Virus record (IMG/VR): IMGVR_UViG_3300034161_000029
Span: 1-25,377 of that record
DNA from: a virus
Taxonomy: Duplodnaviria; Caudoviricetes
Strand: one strand, 5' to 3'
DNA: 25,377 bases
Shown: piece by piece, positions 1-8,071 of the stretch
How the letters are laid out: every line of letters starts with the position of its first letter
How positions within the stretch are numbered: position 1 is the stretch's first letter
Made by a program: the position numbers and the translations under genes
The notes under the pieces: generated by a model
Databases searched by the model: none
The model's input: the letters and a program-made list of their open reading frames with translations, nothing else
Told to the model about the DNA's origin: nothing

Positions 1-331
1 ATCGAGCGCATTGGGTGCATCAAAAGCATTCGGTCGCATAAATTCCATTTCCTTTGGCTATCCCATTGAGTAGCCAACCTTTTGATCGTGCTCATGTTCC
101 GACGAGCGGCTGTTTTTTATCGACCGGAGATAAGCTGCTTTCAGCGCGCGTGTCGGGCAGAAAGTTTTCTTAGCCAGGCGTGTGGGGAGGCATCCTGCGG
201 TGTCACGAATCATGGCATCGCTCGTCACCAGGGAGCAGTGCAGGCTGCCAGTGGCGGCGATGGGATGCTGCTTCCCCCCCTTGCCGCCGATATCGATTTT
301 CTCAGCTGCGGCGATGCGTTTCTCCAGGCAT

Positions 332-355
332 AAAAAAACCGCCCGTAGGCGGCTT
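332..355 (-). terminator. Rho-independent terminator after GAF gene
   Basis: Minus strand reads AGCCGCC-TACG-GGCGGTT followed by a T run, about 15 bp after the stop of 370..897. Confidence 0.7.
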
Positions 356-369
356 GTGCAAACGGTAGA

Positions 370-897
370 TCAAACGGCCATGTCTGATTCAACCAAAGCA
401 TTTTCGTAAGAATGGTCGTAGTGCCACTGGAAGATACTGCCGACGAGCTTTGCAAAAATGACAAGGACATCGACGGCTTCGCGCTCTTCCAATCGGTTTG
501 CGTCTGGATCGAGCACGCACAAAGACCCGAACAAGCTGTTGTCTCGCAGGAATATGGGAATGGAAATCGAGCTTTCAAAGCCGTAGCGCTGAGCAGCAAT
601 GTTGCCTTTGTGCGATGGACTCTGACTAATGCAGCCCACGACAAGATTCGAAGGGTCGGCCAGCAAATTGCTGCACATGGAGAATTCAAGCGGAAATCTT
701 TCCCCATCCTTGATGCCCAGGCATATCTCGTCATTCACGCTGCACGCGACCCAGTCTCTGTCGCAGAACTTCACGATCGCCGCGAACCGCAGGCCCGTCA
801 GCCGCACGATCAATTTTAAAATATTGGTGGTTGCCTCAATTTCGGCAATAGCGTTTAACTCATGTATCGACAGCTGGAAGTTTGAAGATTGGCTCAA
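370..897 (-). CDS. Stand-alone GAF domain protein (outside the prophage)
   Basis: 175 aa; LTGLRFAAI...WVAC...MC...YGFESSISIPIFLRDNSLFGSLCVLDP is the typical GAF pattern of sensor kinase inputs; TTG start. Confidence 0.75.
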   Translation of the reverse strand: MSQSSNFQLSIHELNAIAEIEATTNILKLIVRLTGLRFAAIVKFCDRDWVACSVNDEICLGIKDGERFPLEFSMCSNLLADPSNLVVGCISQSPSHKGNIAAQRYGFESSISIPIFLRDNSLFGSLCVLDPDANRLEEREAVDVLVIFAKLVGSIFQWHYDHSYENALVESDMAV

Positions 898-1180
898 CTT
901 TAGGACCTCGATCCCTCAACGCTGTCTCGATTTTTTAACAGCCTCCAAGCGGGTATAGCAGAAGGATACGAGGCTAGCAATGAGCCACCAAACGTAGGAG
1001 ACAGCCGGTCTATACCTCGTCTTCGGCGTCAATCAACGCTGAGATCATCGCTATCCCGGCTCGCTTGCTCGCGGCCCCCCTCATTGAAAGGGCTGTGGGT
1101 AGCATCACCCCAATGGAATTGGGCAAGCCTCCGAACTCAAGGTAGCGTTGCGCACAATAGTTTTTGCGAAGGGGTCGAAA

Positions 1181-1438
1181 ATGTCGCATTTGAATGAACA
1201 GCTCTCTAAAGGCGATTGGGTCAGGCTGGCGCGCATCGACCCATCCGCGACCGTACGTGTTGACTGGATCAACGCAAGAGAGGCAACGCCAGGCGATATC
1301 GCGATTGTTGAAGCGGTATACGAGGCCTCTGTACAGCTGCTCTGCGAGCCAACGCCCGGTCTTCTTGAGTGGAGAACCCTTTTCACACTGGATGGGCTGT
1401 CGTACGCCGTGGTTCCGGCTCCGAATGCGACTGCTTGA
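1181..1438 (+). CDS. Hypothetical protein (85 aa)
   Basis: ATG at 1181 preceded by AAGGGG; plausible globular sequence; no family recognised. Confidence 0.5.
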   Translation: MSHLNEQLSKGDWVRLARIDPSATVRVDWINAREATPGDIAIVEAVYEASVQLLCEPTPGLLEWRTLFTLDGLSYAVVPAPNATA

Positions 1439-1779
1439 AGCCGAGCAAAAAGCCCAGCACATGGCTGGGCTTCCAATTAAACGCAGGTGCCACCTTTGTG
1501 ATGGGATCCTGTCCCGCCAGTCGGATGCGTGCCCTTAGGACAGGCCGACGCGGATACCGACACTAGCGACAGCAGAGCGACTAACCCAGCGACTGCGATT
1601 CTCTTCATAACGCCTCCATGCACTGCGGAATGCAGTTCAAGGCTATCGGCTTACGAAACACTGGCTTAAGTCGCAGGCAAACAGAGTATCGGCAACGGAT
1701 TTGAGAGGACCGGTTCTGACAACGCTGAAGAGGAGGCAGGCATAGAAAAATGACGAGTCACCCAAAAGTCACCCGCATG

Positions 1780-1807
1780 AAAAAGCCCAACCTGAAAAGG
1801 TTGGGCT
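1780..1807 (-). terminator. Terminator hairpin following the displaced tRNA 3' end
   Basis: AGCCCAACCT-GAAA-AGGTTGGGCT perfect stem with an A run on its left (U tract on minus strand). Confidence 0.7.
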
Positions 1808-1817
1808 AAGTCATTGA

Positions 1818-1871
1818 AAAATATGGTCGGGACGGAGTGATTCGAACACTCGACCCCTAGCACCCCATGCT
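1818..1871. repeat. Prophage attachment core, left copy (duplicated 3' part of tRNA-Pro)
   Basis: 54 bp identical to 25094-25147 (AAAATATGGTCGGGACGG...CACCCCATGCT). Confidence 0.95.
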
Positions 1872-1883
1872 TGACGACATTCG

Positions 1884-1896
1884 CAAGCTATTGATT
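1884..1896 (-). promoter_or_regulatory. Putative IHF binding site in the att arm
   Basis: Minus strand AATCAATAGCTTG matches WATCAANNNNTTR, just inside the att core. Confidence 0.55.
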
Positions 1897-2016
1897 TTGT
1901 TGGACCTTTACCGGCGCTCGCTGCAAACGATGCCGTACTGATCCGTACTGAATATAGCGAATCCCCGAAAATCCCCCACCTCCCCCCGGCGTTCTGCCGA
2001 CGTTAACCCTTCCCAC

Positions 2017-3297
2017 TCAGTTGCATTTGACCGTCCAGAGCTGATCCACCTTTGTGGTGAAGCTCTGACTCATCAGATCCCGCCGCATCGCCCATCCGGG
2101 AGCGGCAGGAACACTCGCCGCGCGCAACGTCCCCCGCCCCCACTTTGCGTTGATCTCATCGAGGACGCTCATCACCTTCTCCGCTTCCTCCGGTTGCGAG
2201 TGTGCGAACAGGTCGTCGGTGAATTCGCCTGGCTGCCGCAGATCCATTAAAAGAACCTCGGCTTTGCTGTATTTGAAGCCTGGCCTGAACAGGCGATCGA
2301 CCGCCTCTGTAGCGGCCTTGGTCATCAGCCTTACGTCGTTTGTCGGATACGGCAGTTCCACCAGCGCCCCGTTGGCGTACTTCGCCTCCTCCGGATTGAA
2401 CATGCCTGTGCGGATGCTCACCCTGATCTTTTTGCACAACGAGTTCTGTGCGCGCAGCTTCTCCGCAGCGCGCTGCGTGTAGGTGGCCACGGCCTCTTTG
2501 ATCGGCTCAATCGCGGTCAGCCGATTGCCGAACATTCGACTACAGCAGATCTCCTGCTTCGGCGGATCGGCTTCGCCGAGTTCAAGACACGGCGTGCCGG
2601 CAAGTTCGCGCGCCGTCTTCTCGATGACGACGCTGAATTTTTGCCGCAAGGTCCAGGGATCGGCCTTTGCCAAGTCCATCGCGCTCTTGATCCCCATCGC
2701 CTCCAAGTGGGCCTTCATCCGCTTACCAACGCCCCACACCTCCCCCACGTCAGTGTTACGCAAGGTCCAGTCGCGGTTGAACGGATCACAGATGTCGACT
2801 ACGCCGCCGGTCTTGGCCAGCAGCCGCTTGGCGGTATGATTTGCCAACTTCGCTAGCGTCTTCGTGCGGGCGATGCCCACGCCGACGGGAATACCAGTGC
2901 GCTTATAGATGGCGGAACGGATCTGGCGACCGAACGCAGTCAGGTCACCTGGAATGCCCGTCAGGTCTGCGAAGGCCTCGTCGATGCTGTAAACCTCGAG
3001 CGCGGGCACCATCGATTCGATGATGGTCATTACCCGCTCGCTCATATCGCCATACAGTGCGTAATTACTGCTGAAGGCCACCACACCGTTCCGGCGCAGG
3101 TGGTCTTTGATCTGGAAATAAGGCGCGCCCATCTTCACGAATGGCTTCGCGTCATAACTTCGGGCGATGACACAGCCGTCGTTGTTCGACAGCACCACGA
3201 TGGGAGTTTTGGCGAGGTCAGGCCGGAAGACGCGTTCGCAACTGGCGTAAAAGCTGTTGCAGTCGATCAGCGCGAAGACGGGCTCAGGCTTTGTCAT
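2017..3297 (-). CDS. umuC: Y-family translesion DNA polymerase V catalytic subunit (UmuC/RulB)
   Basis: FALIDCNSFYASCER, VLSNNDGC, YSIDEAF, C-terminal WAMRR...S..FTT motifs; 426 aa, intact. Confidence 0.95.
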   Translation of the reverse strand: MTKPEPVFALIDCNSFYASCERVFRPDLAKTPIVVLSNNDGCVIARSYDAKPFVKMGAPYFQIKDHLRRNGVVAFSSNYALYGDMSERVMTIIESMVPALEVYSIDEAFADLTGIPGDLTAFGRQIRSAIYKRTGIPVGVGIARTKTLAKLANHTAKRLLAKTGGVVDICDPFNRDWTLRNTDVGEVWGVGKRMKAHLEAMGIKSAMDLAKADPWTLRQKFSVVIEKTARELAGTPCLELGEADPPKQEICCSRMFGNRLTAIEPIKEAVATYTQRAAEKLRAQNSLCKKIRVSIRTGMFNPEEAKYANGALVELPYPTNDVRLMTKAATEAVDRLFRPGFKYSKAEVLLMDLRQPGEFTDDLFAHSQPEEAEKVMSVLDEINAKWGRGTLRAASVPAAPGWAMRRDLMSQSFTTKVDQLWTVKCN

Positions 3298-3715
3298 GAT
3301 CGCGGACGCTGTATTTCACCACGCCCCAGATCACAAGCTCGTCCCCTTCCATCACATGGCGGGACGGGTACTTCGGATTCTCTGACTTCAGGATGACCTC
3401 GTTCCCGCGCATGTGCAGCCGTTTGCATACGGGCTCAGAGTTCAGGGCCGCAATCACGATGTCGCCATGCTCGGCGTAAAGGCTTCGATCTACAATCACG
3501 AGGTCGCCGCAGTAGATGCCTGCGCCCTGCATGCTGTCGCCCTCGATCTTCACCAGGTACACGTGCGGCGCCCGGATGTCGAAGAGCTCATCCAGTGAGA
3601 TGTGCTTCTCGATGTGATCGGCCGCCGGCGAAGGAAAGCCGGCCGGGACGTGAAAGGAGTAAAGGGGCAGCTTTTCGCCGCCGGCCGACAGCGGGCCGAG
3701 GATCGTGACGCTCAT
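3284..3715 (-). CDS. umuD: Pol V accessory subunit (UmuD/RulA, S24 peptidase)
   Basis: VPAGFPSPAAD cleavage motif, GDSM catalytic Ser, CKRL Lys; overlaps the umuC start. Confidence 0.95.
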   Translation of the reverse strand: MSVTILGPLSAGGEKLPLYSFHVPAGFPSPAADHIEKHISLDELFDIRAPHVYLVKIEGDSMQGAGIYCGDLVIVDRSLYAEHGDIVIAALNSEPVCKRLHMRGNEVILKSENPKYPSRHVMEGDELVIWGVVKYSVRDHDKA

Positions 3716-3738
3716 GATGCAAGCCTTGTTGTGAGTAA

Positions 3739-3754
3739 CTGTATGTATATACAG
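3739..3754. promoter_or_regulatory. LexA (SOS) box
   Basis: CTGTATGTATATACAG = CTG-N10-CAG, 23 bp upstream of umuD, between divergent umuD and SRAP genes. Confidence 0.9.
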
Positions 3755-3814
3755 TTAACGTTCTTGATCGCCTGCGGTCAATCTGATGTGTAGGAAATTT
3801 CGACGGGTGACACC

Positions 3815-4528
3815 ATGTGCGGACGCTACTCGATCTACGAATCGATGGACCATTACCTCAAGGAGCTCGCGCCAAAGCAGTTGGTGATCAATGGCTACGA
3901 CCTCTGGCCGATTGAGCGCTACAACGTCGCGCCGTCGACTCGCGTTGAGATCATCCGGCCGACCGAGGAAGGCCTGAGCGTCGACAAGGTGAAGTGGGGG
4001 TGGTCGCCGTTCTGGGCGAAGAAAGATGCGAAGCGTCCCGCCCCCATAAACGCCAGGGTCGAAACGGTGATGACGGGGAAGTACTTCAAACAGCTGTGGC
4101 CGGACGGTCGAGCGCTGGCGCCCGCGAACGGTTGGTTTGAATGGGTGAAGGATCCGGATGATCCGAAGAAGAAACAGCCGTATTTCATCAGGCTGAAAGA
4201 GGAAGGTCCGATGTTCTTCGCCGCGCTGGCGGAGGTTCATCAGGGGCTGGAGCCGAACCCGCAGGATGGATTCGTGATCATCACCGCGGATTCAGATCAG
4301 GGGATGGTCGACATCCACGACCGGCGACCGGTTGTGCTGAGTCCTGAGCACGCTCGGGAATGGGTCGATCCGGTGACAACGCCGGAGCGCGCCGCTGAGA
4401 TTGCCAAGGAGTGCTGCAGGCCGACCGAAGAATTCACTTGGTTCGAGGTGAGCAAAGACGTGGGGAATGTGCGGAACCAAGGGGCGCACCTGATCAAGCT
4501 CCTCACCCAGATCGATAATACGGACTGA
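3815..4528 (+). CDS. SOS response-associated peptidase (SRAP/YedK/HMCES family)
   Basis: N-terminal MCGRY, RYNVAPS, INARVET, FEW, IHDRRPV, VGNVRN motifs. Confidence 0.92.
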   Translation: MCGRYSIYESMDHYLKELAPKQLVINGYDLWPIERYNVAPSTRVEIIRPTEEGLSVDKVKWGWSPFWAKKDAKRPAPINARVETVMTGKYFKQLWPDGRALAPANGWFEWVKDPDDPKKKQPYFIRLKEEGPMFFAALAEVHQGLEPNPQDGFVIITADSDQGMVDIHDRRPVVLSPEHAREWVDPVTTPERAAEIAKECCRPTEEFTWFEVSKDVGNVRNQGAHLIKLLTQIDNTD

Positions 4529-4695
4529 AACTATCATACGGCATAGGGCCGCGTCGGCTTCACAGCCCCTCATCGACTAGAATACATTCTAAATAGAGGC
4601 TTAAGGACACCCTTAGGCACCCCCTTGCGTAACCCTTTAGGCGCTGATAATATCTCCCTCAACAACTCAAGAAGCGCATTCGTCGCGAGGCCAAA

Positions 4696-4989
4696 TTGAA
4701 CGACTTCGATAGCATAATCGACTATTTCATTAACATTAGCATCCAAAAAGCTGGTGAAAGTGGGGTGATGGTTCACGACTACCGAATCGATAAAAGAGAC
4801 CTTGAAAGAACTCGGATTACCGATCACTTTTTAAACGAGTGTCGCGACATTTGCCTCGAGCGGGACGTCGATATGAAATACGCTGAAGAGCGAGGCATCT
4901 TTAACGTCCGAGTAGATCTGCGGCGCTGCCGATTGAGCTTCACGCAGTCGCACAGTCTGTCCGCAGTCTTGGGCCGGATGGAATACTGA
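4696..4989 (+). CDS. Hypothetical moron protein (97 aa)
   Basis: TTG start after GAGG; candidate promoter TTGCGT-17-TAATAT upstream; no family recognised. Confidence 0.5.
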   Translation: MNDFDSIIDYFINISIQKAGESGVMVHDYRIDKRDLERTRITDHFLNECRDICLERDVDMKYAEERGIFNVRVDLRRCRLSFTQSHSLSAVLGRMEY

Positions 4990-5026
4990 AGAGGTTTGGA
5001 AAAAACACGAAATGATTTGAACGCAT

Positions 5027-5142
5027 TGAAAAAGTCCTCGGCAGGAGCCTGCAAGCAACCTACCGAGGACCGCCAATTAAGCGCGTGAAGGTTTGCGACG
5101 TGCTTAGCTCGCAATCTCCAAACGCTTTCGTCGACGTTCGCA
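5027..5142 (-). ncRNA. Candidate ~115-nt small antisense RNA
   Basis: Minus-strand promoter TGGACT(5176-5171)-17 bp-TATCGT(5153-5148) with extended -10 TG; internal hairpin TTGCGA...TCGCAA; ends in GTCCTCGGTAGG...CCTGCCGAGGAC-TTTTT terminator. Confidence 0.5.
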
Positions 5143-5207
5143 CGATGACGATAGCAAACGAGAGAAGGCGAGTCCATAACTGCCAACCGTTTACCGGAGT
5201 CATTGCC

Positions 5208-5321
5208 ATGTCATCTACATGTCCAATCGTTCGACCGGTGCATGTATGCGCGTATACTCGTATGCGCCGAGGTCAACTCGAATACGTGTGCCAACATTGT
5301 CGTAGCCTGCCTAACCGTTAA
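5208..5321 (+). CDS. Small Cys/His/Arg-rich peptide (37 aa)
   Basis: GGAG RBS then MSSTCPIVRPVHVCAYTRMRRGQLEYVCQHCRSLPNR; followed by a terminator. Confidence 0.55.
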   Translation: MSSTCPIVRPVHVCAYTRMRRGQLEYVCQHCRSLPNR

Positions 5322-5335
5322 GGATTGGCCCCAAC

Positions 5336-5372
5336 AAAGCCACCTCACCAGATTAGTCGGGTGGCTTTTTTG
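5336..5372. terminator. Terminator between small peptide and Rz (possibly bidirectional)
   Basis: AAAGCCACC...GGTGGCTTTTT between convergent genes. Confidence 0.65.
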
Positions 5373-5375
5373 TTT

Positions 5376-5888
5376 TCAGCGACACACATCCCTGATATAC
5401 GCTTGCGCCGCCCTCAGGGCTGCTTGATCAGCAATGATCCCGGCGCGGATATCGAGAACAGATCGTCCAGTTGCTGCAGAGAGTTCGACGGAGCCTGTAT
5501 CACCCATGCTGGCGGCGCCGGCGGTACCGGACACGTTCCCGCCACCGGCACTACAACTTCCCGCGATGCGCAACCGGCGAGTGCCGTCAGCAACAGCGCG
5601 GCGCAGAGTTTCGTTTTCAGCATTGGCCTTTTCCTTTTGATCAGTGGCGTCTTTGTCCAGGGCGGCGAGTTTCTGCTCGGCATCCTGCTGCTTGGCCAGC
5701 GCCTGCCGTGCCTGAGTGGCGCCTGCGTTGGCAATGTTGGTTAGATCTGCTTGGTGATTGGCTTCGTTGGTGGCGATGACTTGGCCGTAGGCGTTGGCCT
5801 GCCAGACCCATGCCGCGGCGAATCCAATGCCGACCAGCGCGATAACTGCCAGCCCATAGGCCAGCAGCTTCACGCGGATATCGGTCAC
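5376..5888 (-). CDS. Rz-like inner-membrane spanin
   Basis: N-terminal TM (LLAYGLAVIALVGIGFAAAWVWQ), Ala/Gln coiled coil, LRRAVADGTRRLRI...C...ALRAAQAYIRDVC. Confidence 0.85.
   Translation of the reverse strand: MTDIRVKLLAYGLAVIALVGIGFAAAWVWQANAYGQVIATNEANHQADLTNIANAGATQARQALAKQQDAEQKLAALDKDATDQKEKANAENETLRRAVADGTRRLRIAGSCSAGGGNVSGTAGAASMGDTGSVELSAATGRSVLDIRAGIIADQAALRAAQAYIRDVCR
5414..5623 (-). CDS. Rz1-like outer-membrane spanin lipoprotein embedded in Rz
   Basis: MLKTKLCAALLLTALAG-C lipobox, Pro-rich CPVPPAPPAW, fully nested in an alternative frame of Rz. Confidence 0.8.
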   Translation of the reverse strand: MLKTKLCAALLLTALAGCASREVVVPVAGTCPVPPAPPAWVIQAPSNSLQQLDDLFSISAPGSLLIKQP

Positions 5889-6331
5889 GCCAGTGCCCTC
5901 TGTACGCCCTCGGCGATGACCGACGCCGCGTAGGACACGCTGCCGTTCTCGTGCCGGATGATTCCGGTCGCGATCGCGATGAGCGTGCGGAAGTTGCGCA
6001 GATCGATCGACTGATTCGGCGCAACACCGACGCCGGCGGCCACGGCCTTGATGTACGCCTCGGTGTCGTTCTCCACGCCAGGCGCCCAGCGATTGATTAC
6101 CTCGCGTACCGTGTCGATGCCGGTACTGCCAATGCTAGGCATCCCGTCCTTGCCACGGTAAGCGAGGATCAGCTTTGCCAGCGCACGAATGCCGTTCTCG
6201 GCGGTATCGAACCGGGCGAACCGCTTTTCTATAGCCAGGTCTGGCGCCAGTTGGCCCTGCCACTGGTTGCGCGGGTTGTAGTCGATATTGCCAGGGTTGT
6301 TGTTGCGAACCCCTCGGGTGACTGGTGGCAT
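5885..6331 (-). CDS. Putative endolysin (RGxRNNNPGNI 'structural protein P5-like' lysozyme-type family)
   Basis: RGVRNNNPGNI, RFARF...GIRAL, INRWAP.VENDTEAY, IIRHENG; directly upstream of Rz/Rz1. Confidence 0.75.
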   Translation of the reverse strand: MPPVTRGVRNNNPGNIDYNPRNQWQGQLAPDLAIEKRFARFDTAENGIRALAKLILAYRGKDGMPSIGSTGIDTVREVINRWAPGVENDTEAYIKAVAAGVGVAPNQSIDLRNFRTLIAIATGIIRHENGSVSYAASVIAEGVQRALA

Positions 6332-6348
6332 TCACTTTTCTCCAGACG

Positions 6349-6372
6349 AAAAAATGCCCGCGGATGGCGGGC
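6349..6372 (-). terminator. Terminator-like hairpin upstream of endolysin
   Basis: GCCCGC-5-GCGGGC followed on the minus strand by a T run. Confidence 0.5.
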
Positions 6373-6410
6373 CATTGGATAAACTGCGCCTTCCACGCAT
6401 GGAGGCATTT

Positions 6411-6635
6411 ATGAAATATCTTTTTACTCTCGCAATCGCAGCATTGATGACAGGTTGCGCACACTACAGCGACAGCACTACCGGCTCTGACAGCGTTAAC
6501 CGACAAGTCGGGAGCAAGGGCTATAACCACAGTTGCGATGCCGAGCCTAAGAACCAGCCCGGCTGCTATGACCCAGCGCCATCCTTTTCATGGGGGTTCG
6601 TGGACAAATTCAAGCTCAAGCTCGGAGCTGAATAG
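6411..6635 (+). CDS. Small lipoprotein moron, opposite to the late genes
   Basis: GGAGG RBS; MKYLFTLAIAALMTG-C lipobox; 74 aa with two further Cys. Confidence 0.75.
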   Translation: MKYLFTLAIAALMTGCAHYSDSTTGSDSVNRQVGSKGYNHSCDAEPKNQPGCYDPAPSFSWGFVDKFKLKLGAE

Positions 6636-6644
6636 TCCCGTTTG

Positions 6645-6857
6645 CTATTCCGGAGCCTGAGCCTGCTCCGGCACGTCTTCGGCGGTGATGGTCACCTGGG
6701 CGCGGTAGCTCTTCACCAACTGCGCCGTACGGATCAGTGACTGGGGAAATGCCCCCAAGATCTCGCGCGCTTTCGCATCAGCCTCGGCTTCGGTGGCGTA
6801 TTCGGTCTGATTGTTAGGGTCGTAAGCGTTGCTGCCATTGATAACGATAAAAGGCAT
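6645..6857 (-). CDS. Small hypothetical tail-region protein (70 aa)
   Basis: GGAG RBS, MPFIVING...; co-oriented with the tail genes. Confidence 0.65.
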   Translation of the reverse strand: MPFIVINGSNAYDPNNQTEYATEAEADAKAREILGAFPQSLIRTAQLVKSYRAQVTITAEDVPEQAQAPE

Positions 6858-6902
6858 GTGAGTCTCCATTATCCAATTGAGTGTCGTTTGAAACAGAAAG
6901 CC

Positions 6903-7766
6903 TTAACCGAACGGGAAAGGCAGGTTTGCGGTCCGCACAACGAGAGCGACTGGGTAGTTACCATCAGCCGGTAACCCGGCAACTGAGCAGCCTGGTACTT
7001 GGTTTGTGTTCGCGGTGATATTTGTCGTTTCTCCAGCGGGACCAAACATAAAACTTATACCCCCAACCCTTCCATACGATCCTTCGGAGACGCCAAGTAT
7101 CGTCAAAGTGGGGTCAGTAAACCAACTGTCGCAACCACGCGAGAAGTTTAAAAACGAGGCATATTCCACGTTTGACTCAAGTGGAATATCGATAACGGCA
7201 TCCCAGCCGTCTGATCTGCCTGACCCGTTGCTCCAGCCAACGTATTCCCAGCGACACCCTGCATAGGGTTGTCGTTTATTATATCTATCCAGATCGCTTG
7301 GCGCGGGAGCCTGCATTGAGTAAGCGACGTTCAGCGGAACCTGTAATGAGTTGAATGAGATAGAGCCGTCGGGCCTTCTGCACTTCAAGAAAGGCAGTGT
7401 TCCTTGAACGTTATCATTCATCAAATCAAAGATGTAGGCCTTAGTAGCAGTGCTAGCCGACGCATAGTAAAACTTAAACGTGTTACCTGATCGTTGAGTT
7501 CCTTGAAGGGTTCCCTTACCAACGAGGAAACATATTGGGTTAACAGCACCAGCAACCGTGATCGAGTGCATGCGCTCTCCAGGAGACGGTGGCTGAACCT
7601 GATTGTAACTAGATCTCAAATTTGGGTCTACGTTGATGCCGCGAAGGACGAATCTATACCACTCACCATCCGCTTGGAGATAACCACTTTTAATCAATCC
7701 GTGGGAAATGTACTGAGTGTCAAACAAAAGGCTTCCATCTTCTTTCCTGACGATCAGGCCTGCCAT
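6903..7766 (-). CDS. Tail-tip accessory / putative receptor-binding protein
   Basis: Start MAGLIVRKEDGSLLFD coupled (TAATG) to the upstream gene; beta-rich; downstream of gpJ. Confidence 0.65.
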   Translation of the reverse strand: MAGLIVRKEDGSLLFDTQYISHGLIKSGYLQADGEWYRFVLRGINVDPNLRSSYNQVQPPSPGERMHSITVAGAVNPICFLVGKGTLQGTQRSGNTFKFYYASASTATKAYIFDLMNDNVQGTLPFLKCRRPDGSISFNSLQVPLNVAYSMQAPAPSDLDRYNKRQPYAGCRWEYVGWSNGSGRSDGWDAVIDIPLESNVEYASFLNFSRGCDSWFTDPTLTILGVSEGSYGRVGGISFMFGPAGETTNITANTNQVPGCSVAGLPADGNYPVALVVRTANLPFPFG

Positions 7767-8068
7767 TAGAAATACCCGTAAAAGATTCGACAGTTCGCAG
7801 AAAAATACCCCCATCCGTTAGTGTTGTATGAATAAAACCAATTCAGACTCAAGCCGCTAAGGGTAACAGAGGGTCTTTTTCCCAATGATTTCTGTAGGTC
7901 AACCAATGGCACCACCACAAAGTAGAGCTGCTTACCGGCGGGAGGTGACGGCAGCGTCGCGCTGCCGTTTGCCCCGTTGGTGTCGACCGACCCCATGTTC
8001 TGACTGATCCTCATCGTCATGTTGAGGACTTCCTGCCCAGCGACGTTGCGAATTATCAGGCCAGCCAT
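7766..8068 (-). CDS. Small tail-tip accessory protein (100 aa)
   Basis: Immediately after the gpJ stop; MAGLIIRN... start resembles the next gene. Confidence 0.65.
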   Translation of the reverse strand: MAGLIIRNVAGQEVLNMTMRISQNMGSVDTNGANGSATLPSPPAGKQLYFVVVPLVDLQKSLGKRPSVTLSGLSLNWFYSYNTNGWGYFSANCRIFYGYF

Positions 8069-8071
8069 TTA

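Noticed and set aside
1-330. Possible minus-strand gene start at 40/49 with a structured leader
   Set aside because: Only 13-16 codons lie in the window and the hairpins match no RNA family I recognise
1666-1863. ORFs beginning [15 protein letters not shown] here and at 24948-25139
   Set aside because: Artefacts of reading through the duplicated tRNA sequence
1824-1871. Second tRNA-Pro gene
   Set aside because: Only the 3' part is present (no D arm or 5' acceptor strand); it is the att duplication
4600-4645. Degenerate ~12-bp CCCTT repeats
   Set aside because: Too short and degenerate; overlaps a plausible promoter; not CRISPR-like
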